The position numbers and the translations under genes were made by a program. From Candidatus Aminicenantes bacterium (GTDB lineage: Bacteria; Acidobacteriota; Aminicenantia; Aminicenantales; Aminicenantaceae), in the NCBI GenBank assembly GCA_014727835.1, contig WJMT01000129.1:73618-137617 (forward strand): a stretch of DNA of 64,000 bases. The letters are read 5' to 3'. Positions 58,425-64,000 of this stretch are shown piece by piece; within the stretch, counting starts at the first letter, position 1; every line of letters starts with the position of its first letter. The notes under the pieces are model-generated. The model was given only the letters and a program-made list of their open reading frames with translations. It was not told where the DNA came from and ran no database searches.

Positions 58425-59474
58425 CTATGATTGGTCCGGAGAGTTCCTTTCCGAATTCGAATTCTTTTTCGCTTGATAAAAGGGTGAATATATAACCAGA
58501 AGACTCACGATTCCAAGAAAATATTCAAACAGGTTGCTGATCAAGTGAATTCCGATTCCTGAGATGATGGCCAGCTTGTTTTCAAAGTTCATGAGTTTGC
58601 TGGCCAAGACCCAGGCAGACTCCCACGTCCCAAAACCGCCGATTCCTTTGATGGGAAGAGCTGAAGACATTTCTGCTCCAGTGATGCCCAAAACTGTTTT
58701 GAAAAAGTTAAAGGTGTTGAATAAAACGCCGTGATAGCGAAGAAGAGAAAACAGCAGCAGAAAGAGGGAAGCGTATTTGGCCAGGCGGATAAAAAAAGAT
58801 AATATAAAAACAGGCCAGTAAATGTTCTTTTTTTGGATTTCTTGAAGACATTGGAGGGTGGATCTTATCTTGGTTATGGATATATGGGCCCATTTCTTGT
58901 TTCTGAGTTTTGTTTTCTTTAAGAGGAAGGTGTACGTTCTCAATATCAGGTCAGAGAGAGAGACAAGTTTCCATAATATCAGAAAGAATCCCAAAAAAAC
59001 CAAGACCGAGATCAGAATCATAAGAGGCCCAGAGATCACTGTGGTTCCGATTCCCACAAAAAGGACAGCAATGATGAGTATCGGGCTCAGGGTAAGAAAA
59101 TCAAACAGAAACGCGATAATGAAAGAAGAAGTTGAGATTTCAAAGCTGTATTTGAAACGTTTGTTCAATATGTAAATATAGGAGAGAGCCCCGATTCGCA
59201 CTGGAAACAGATCAACAAAAAGGTTTCGGATAAAGGTCACCAAAAAAATGTTTTTCCAGCTGATAGGTTGAGGCTGAAGAAGCCATTTGTACCTCCAGGC
59301 TCTCAAACCACTTCCCAATAAAGAAAACAGCATGAACCCAAACAGGGCTGGAACATAGATGTTTTGGAACGTCTGTGTGAGATCACGGGTGTTGATCTGG
59401 CTGAACAAAAAAGCAAGAAGACCGATGGAGACCAATACAGATAGGAAAAACGCAATGGTTTTCTTTTTGTTCAC
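58425..59474 (-). CDS. Flippase-like membrane protein (lysylphosphatidylglycerol synthase TM-region family, UPF0104)
   Basis: 349 aa with about 8 TM helices. N-terminus SVLVSIGLLAFLF... and overall topology resemble the MprF TM-domain family. Confidence 0.65.
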   Translation of the reverse strand: MNKKKTIAFFLSVLVSIGLLAFLFSQINTRDLTQTFQNIYVPALFGFMLFSLLGSGLRAWRYKWLLQPQPISWKNIFLVTFIRNLFVDLFPVRIGALSYIYILNKRFKYSFEISTSSFIIAFLFDFLTLSPILIIAVLFVGIGTTVISGPLMILISVLVFLGFFLILWKLVSLSDLILRTYTFLLKKTKLRNKKWAHISITKIRSTLQCLQEIQKKNIYWPVFILSFFIRLAKYASLFLLLFSLLRYHGVLFNTFNFFKTVLGITGAEMSSALPIKGIGGFGTWESAWVLASKLMNFENKLAIISGIGIHLISNLFEYFLGIVSLLVIYSPFYQAKKNSNSERNSPDQS

Positions 59475-59621
59475 ATTTTATATATTAACCGGAATGATTC
59501 AGGAGTCAAGGATGCTGTGTCATACACTTCAGGTTCAAAGAAATGCGGTGAAATGTGAATTGAACTTTTTATCTTGGTGTTATATTATCAGATAGAGCAA
59601 AGACATGGAGTTTTGTTTCTC

Positions 59622-60452
59622 ATGAGTCTAAAAAACCTGGATGAAATCATTGAAGCCGCTTTAGAGGAGGATATGCCTGAAGGTGATGTGACTTCAGAAT
59701 CGCTTATTGATCCAGATTCGGTTTCAGAAGCTTTTCTTGTGGCTAAAGAAAAAGGAGTTTTGGCTGGTATTGAAATCGCTGAATGGGTGTTTCAAAAGAT
59801 CGATCCTAATGTGAAGTTTGAGGCATTGAAACAGGACGGAGATGACTTTGAAAACCAAGACAGGCTGGGTCAGATAAAAGGGCCTTCCAGATCCCTCTTA
59901 AATGGAGAAAGACTGGCATTGAATTTCATCCAGAGACTCTCCGGGATCGCCACTTTAACCAAAAAATATACTGATATTTTGAAGCAGACCAAGACTAAAC
60001 TTCTGGATACCCGAAAAACCACTCCCTGTATGAGAATGCTTGAGAAATATGCTGTGAGAATGGGGGGAGGAGTCAATCACCGCTTGAATCTTTCTGAAAT
60101 GATTCTGATAAAAGACAATCATCTTCATCTGGTGGGAAGCATTAAAGAAGCCATTCAAAGAGCCCGAAAAGCGGTAGGAGAAAAAATCAAGATCGAAGTG
60201 GAGACAACCTCACTGGATGAAGTGAAAGAAGCCTTGAAATACGGGGCTGACATTATCATGCTTGATAATATGAGTCCTGAAGACATCAGCCGGGCTGTTA
60301 AGGCCGTGGATGGGCGGGTCCCTTTGGAAGTATCAGGAAACATCACTCTGTCCAAACTCAAAGAGGTGGCTGAGCTGGGAGTGGATTTCATATCTGCAGG
60401 AAGCCTGACTCATTCTTTCAGGTCCCTGGATATCAGTATGGATTTTAAGTAA
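59622..60452 (+). CDS. nadC: Nicotinate-nucleotide pyrophosphorylase (quinolinate phosphoribosyltransferase)
   Basis: ALEEDMPEGDVTS...LDTRKTTPCMRMLEKYAVRMGGGVNHR...LDNMSP blocks align with NadC. Start set at MSLKNLDE. Confidence 0.85.
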   Translation: MSLKNLDEIIEAALEEDMPEGDVTSESLIDPDSVSEAFLVAKEKGVLAGIEIAEWVFQKIDPNVKFEALKQDGDDFENQDRLGQIKGPSRSLLNGERLALNFIQRLSGIATLTKKYTDILKQTKTKLLDTRKTTPCMRMLEKYAVRMGGGVNHRLNLSEMILIKDNHLHLVGSIKEAIQRARKAVGEKIKIEVETTSLDEVKEALKYGADIIMLDNMSPEDISRAVKAVDGRVPLEVSGNITLSKLKEVAELGVDFISAGSLTHSFRSLDISMDFK

Positions 60453-60462
60453 AAAAGCGACT

Positions 60463-62043
60463 ATGAAAAATCAAAACAAAAACCAAATTCTGGAGACAGA
60501 CATCCTGATCATTGGATGCGGGATTGCAGGTGCGAGTGCGGCTTTGGAAGCGGCCAAGAGTGGAGTCAGAGTCATTATCCTGTCCAAAAACAAAAAACTT
60601 GAAGAAACCAACACTTATTATGCTCAGGGAGGAATCGTGTCTTTGGGAAACGATGACAACCCTGAACTATTGATGAGAGATATCATGGAGACCGGTGATG
60701 GCATCAACAACAAAAAAGCAGTCCGTATGTTGACCAATGAAGGAAAAAAGCTGGTGGATGAGGTCTTGATCAAAGAACTGAAGATTCCGTTTAACCGGAC
60801 CTCTCCTGATGAACTGGATTACGCTCAAGAAGCCGCCCATTCCCGAAGAAGAATCCTTCATGTCAAGGACACCACTGGGAAGACCATTGAAGAGACCTTT
60901 ATCAAAAAACTGGGTTCTTATTCCAATGTGACTTTTCTTTCGGACCATACAGCCGTGGACCTGCTGACCCTTCCTCATCATGCCAAGAATCCCAGTTATT
61001 ATTATTCCGAACCTCAGTGCATTGGAGCTTATGTGCTGGATAACAACTCCAAACAGGTGAAAACCATTCATGCTCCTTACACCATTCTTGCTACAGGAGG
61101 CTGCGGTTCTGTTTATCTCTACACTTCCAATCCCAAGTCAGCCATCGGAGATGGGTATGCCACAGCTTACAGAGCAGGAGCACGAATCATTAATATGGAA
61201 TACATTCAATTTCACCCCACCTCCCTGTTCCACCGCGATGCGGATGCATTCTTGATCTCGGAAACAGTCCGGGGAGAAGGAGCCAAACTCAAGACCAAAG
61301 AAGGCAGACCTTTTATGCAAAATGACAATGGACAAGCGGAATTGGCTCCCAGGGATGAAGTGACTCGCGCCATTTATGAGGAGATGACCAACAGCAACTC
61401 GAATTATGTGGTCCTTGACCTTGCTTCCTATGCTCAAATCGAGATAAAAAAGAGGTTCCCCAATATTTATAAAACCTGCTTGAAATATGGGATTGATATC
61501 ACAAAAGACCCCATTCCAGTGGTTCCCGCAGCCCATTACTGCTGCGGCGGTGTTCTGGTGGACACCAATGGGAAAAGCACTCTCAAATCACTCTATGCGG
61601 TGGGTGAAGCCGCATGTACGGGAATCCACGGAGCCAACAGATTGGCCTCCACTTCTCTTTTAGAAGGATTGGTTTGGGGGACCAGAGCGTCCAGAGAAAT
61701 CATTGCCCACTTTGATCCTCAGAGAAATTACAGGAAGGATGATATCCATGAGTGGTATTATCCGGAACATGGGGAAGAGATTGATCCGGCGCTAGTCAAT
61801 CAGGATTGGCTCAATATTCGAAACACCATGTGGAACTATGCAGGAATCATAAGGACCAAAAAAAGATTAGAGAGAGCAAAAGCAGATCTTGATTATCTCA
61901 ATCATCGGATCAACAAATTCTATAAAGAATCACTCATGGATGAGAAAGTGGTTGGACTCAAACATGGAGTACAGGTGGCTATATTGATCACCAGAGCCGC
62001 ATTCAATAATCCTGTAAGCCGAGGGGCTCATTACATCAAATGA
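60463..62043 (+). CDS. nadB: L-aspartate oxidase
   Basis: FAD-binding DILIIGCGIAGASAALEAA, HYxxGG (HYCCGGVLVD) and C-terminal helical domain. 526 aa. Confidence 0.9.
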   Translation: MKNQNKNQILETDILIIGCGIAGASAALEAAKSGVRVIILSKNKKLEETNTYYAQGGIVSLGNDDNPELLMRDIMETGDGINNKKAVRMLTNEGKKLVDEVLIKELKIPFNRTSPDELDYAQEAAHSRRRILHVKDTTGKTIEETFIKKLGSYSNVTFLSDHTAVDLLTLPHHAKNPSYYYSEPQCIGAYVLDNNSKQVKTIHAPYTILATGGCGSVYLYTSNPKSAIGDGYATAYRAGARIINMEYIQFHPTSLFHRDADAFLISETVRGEGAKLKTKEGRPFMQNDNGQAELAPRDEVTRAIYEEMTNSNSNYVVLDLASYAQIEIKKRFPNIYKTCLKYGIDITKDPIPVVPAAHYCCGGVLVDTNGKSTLKSLYAVGEAACTGIHGANRLASTSLLEGLVWGTRASREIIAHFDPQRNYRKDDIHEWYYPEHGEEIDPALVNQDWLNIRNTMWNYAGIIRTKKRLERAKADLDYLNHRINKFYKESLMDEKVVGLKHGVQVAILITRAAFNNPVSRGAHYIK

Positions 62044-62075
62044 CCAAAACGGTTTTTACCAATTGTTAAGGGAAA

Positions 62076-62103
62076 TTGACATTTTAGAGTCAATCACTAG
62101 AAT
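62076..62103 (+). promoter_or_regulatory. Putative sigma70 promoter at the head of a long ileS leader of about 440 nt
   Basis: TTGACA - 16 nt - TAGAAT. No ORF lies between it and ileS. Confidence 0.35.
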
Positions 62104-62150
62104 AACTAACCTGGATTATTCACGAATCAAGGTTTTAAGCTTGATGAAAC

Positions 62151-62190
62151 TCAGGTGTGGCTGAGGCGACATTGAAGAAGAAATGTTGTG
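62151..62190. repeat. F2 repeat copy (reverse orientation) inside the ileS leader
   Basis: Reverse complement reads cttcaatgtcgcctcagccacacctgagttt. The adjacent gtgaataatccagg string also occurs next to the F1-C copy at about 39227. Confidence 0.5.
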
Positions 62191-62314
62191 AATGGTTAAT
62201 GGTGAAATGTAAATTGAAAAACCTTTCACTATTGACCATTGACCATTGACTGCATATCCCACAGACAGCGGGAGTTGCGCAGCAGCCGAAAATACAGTGC
62301 GAAGAATAGCGTTA

Positions 62315-62350
62315 AAAATCTGAACAGAGCACAAGCCATTGCTGAATTTC
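62315..62350. repeat. F3 repeat copy 2 inside the ileS leader
   Basis: aaaatctgaacagagcacaagccattgctg versus aaatctgaacagagcccaagccacgctg at 14248. Confidence 0.4.
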
Positions 62351-62546
62351 AGATGAGCTTGCCTGAAAGGTCAATAAATGGCCATTAGGATTGATAATAG
62401 CAACAAGAAAAATGCTTGAGTCATTGTTTTTGAGAAAAGTTTGCCATATGCTGAAAAGAAAATGATAATGAATAGTCCAGGCTAAACTGGATTCTTGAAT
62501 GGAAATGGACATTATTATGAATATATTGAGTTAATCGGAGAGATGC

Positions 62547-64000
62547 ATGGCAGATAAAAAATTTATTAAAGAGACGTTAAATCTTCCCCAGACATCGTTC
62601 TCAATGAAGGCCAAACTAGCCCAGAGAGAACCTGAGATGCTTAAGAAATGGGATCGGATGAAGCTGTACCAAAAAATTCAAGAACAGCGAACAAAGGGGG
62701 CTCCGTTTGTGCTTCACGATGGCCCTCCTTATGCAAATGGGAATATTCACTTGGGAACAGCGCTTAACAAAATACTAAAGGACTTCATTGTCAAGTCCAA
62801 AAACCTTCAGGGATTTCAAGCCCCTTATGTACCGGGCTGGGACTGCCATGGTCTCCCCATAGAGATCAAGGTCGACCAAAAAATCGGGACAAAGAAGAAA
62901 GACATGTCCTTGATTGAATTTAGAGAAAGGTGCAAGCAATATGCACTAAAATTCGTTGATATCCAGCGAAACCAGTTTAAGCGTTTAGGAGTTTTTGGGG
63001 ATTGGGACCATCCTTATTTGACCATAGATAATGATTACGAAAGTGAGGTCCTGAAGCATTTGGCCGCGTTCTTCTCGTCCGGAAACATCTACAAAGGAAA
63101 AAAACCTGTTTTTTGGTGCAATCACTGCCAAACAGCTTTGGCGGAAGCAGAAATCGAATATCATGACCATAGTTCTCCTTCCATTTATGTCAAGTTTCCT
63201 GTGAAGACGGATTTGTCTAAAAAATTTCCAAAATTAAAAGGGAAAAAAGTGTCGGTTCTGATTTGGACCACCACTCCTTGGACCCTGCCGGCAAACCTTG
63301 CCATTGCCTTCCATCCGCAATATGAATATTCAGCTTTTCAAGTGGATAACGAGGTTTTGATCACTGCCAAACGAATGATTCCTCTGATATCAGAAGATCT
63401 GGGCACTCAAAATCCAACTGTTTTATACACATTCCTGGGCCAAGAAATGGAAGGGATGAAAGCCAAGCATCCCTTTATTGACAGAGATTCTGTCTTTGTT
63501 CTTGCGGACTATGTGACTCTTGAACAGGGAACCGGATGTGTGCACACCGCTCCCGGTCACGGCCAGGAAGATTATATAACCGGATTGAAGTACAAATTGG
63601 ATATCTATGCCCCAGTGGATGAAAAAGGAGATTTTACTCCCGAGGTTAAAAAGTACGCAGGCATGAATGTATTCCAAGCCAATGATCCGATCATGGAAGA
63701 TATGGAAAAGACTGGCCATTTGATCCGGACAGATGATATTGTTCATTCTTATCCTCATTGCTGGCGCTGTAAAAATCCTGTTATTTTTAGAGCCACGGAT
63801 CAGTGGTTTATCTCCATGGATGAATCGGGATTTAGACAAAAAGCCTTGAAAAAAGTGAAAAAAGTAAGATGGATTCCTCCCTGGGGCGAAGGCCGCATTG
63901 CTAAGATGATAGAGAATCGGCCGGACTGGTGCATTTCCAGGCAGCGTTCTTGGGGAGTTCCCATCCCGGCGTTCACCTGCAAAAAATGCGGGACTGTTCT
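62547..64000 (+). CDS. ileS: Isoleucyl-tRNA synthetase (5' partial, continues beyond window)
   Basis: [18 protein letters not shown]...[23 protein letters not shown] (HIGH motif region)...[10 protein letters not shown]. Open through the end of the window. Absent from the ORF track because no stop codon is reached. Confidence 0.9.
   Translation, partial: MADKKFIKETLNLPQTSFSMKAKLAQREPEMLKKWDRMKLYQKIQEQRTKGAPFVLHDGPPYANGNIHLGTALNKILKDFIVKSKNLQGFQAPYVPGWDCHGLPIEIKVDQKIGTKKKDMSLIEFRERCKQYALKFVDIQRNQFKRLGVFGDWDHPYLTIDNDYESEVLKHLAAFFSSGNIYKGKKPVFWCNHCQTALAEAEIEYHDHSSPSIYVKFPVKTDLSKKFPKLKGKKVSVLIWTTTPWTLPANLAIAFHPQYEYSAFQVDNEVLITAKRMIPLISEDLGTQNPTVLYTFLGQEMEGMKAKHPFIDRDSVFVLADYVTLEQGTGCVHTAPGHGQEDYITGLKYKLDIYAPVDEKGDFTPEVKKYAGMNVFQANDPIMEDMEKTGHLIRTDDIVHSYPHCWRCKNPVIFRATDQWFISMDESGFRQKALKKVKKVRWIPPWGEGRIAKMIENRPDWCISRQRSWGVPIPAFTCKKCGTV

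Overview
This 64 kb window looks like a gene-dense chromosomal segment from a low-GC (about 40-42%) bacterium with an outer membrane (lpxB, waaA, lnt and GspG-type pseudopilins are present). Coding density is roughly 88%.

Most recognisable genes are housekeeping:
- a minus-strand operon DUF1844-ribF-pyrR-pyrB-pyrC-rnc-Mth938;
- mazG;
- lnt followed by prfB, where prfB carries the canonical programmed +1 frameshift and the ORF track missed its N-terminal segment;
- a SPOR/stomatin/NfeD membrane cluster;
- an IHF/HU-like gene, coaE, an archaeal-type proS, pcm, lpxB;
- rpsO-pnp;
- a waaA-PAP2 pair;
- nadC-nadB and the 5' part of ileS.

Accessory content:
- a radical-SAM (AmrS-like) / DUF362 / HdrC-like / spermidine-synthase-fusion block;
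- c-di-GMP signalling genes: a response-regulator-GGDEF, three clustered PilZ paralogs with a LuxR-type regulator, and an HD-GYP gene next to a HEAT-repeat gene;
- an anSME-like SPASM radical SAM gene beside a TAT-exported amidohydrolase;
- two tandem ABC-2 exporter pairs;
- three tandem NPP/alkaline-phosphatase-family paralogs;
- an M23 peptidase and two nitroreductases.

Three things stand out:
1. A single 541-aa ORF at 39328..40953 encodes a circularly permuted cofactor-independent phosphoglycerate mutase. The canonical C-terminal portion precedes the canonical N-terminal portion.
2. At least three short dispersed intergenic repeat families were found by eye. One is a roughly 95-nt hairpin element with compensatory stem changes between copies.
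3. A 262-bp tandem duplication sits upstream of pcm.

No rRNA, tRNA or CRISPR array was found. All calls come from reading the sequence and the ORF translations. No database search was run.
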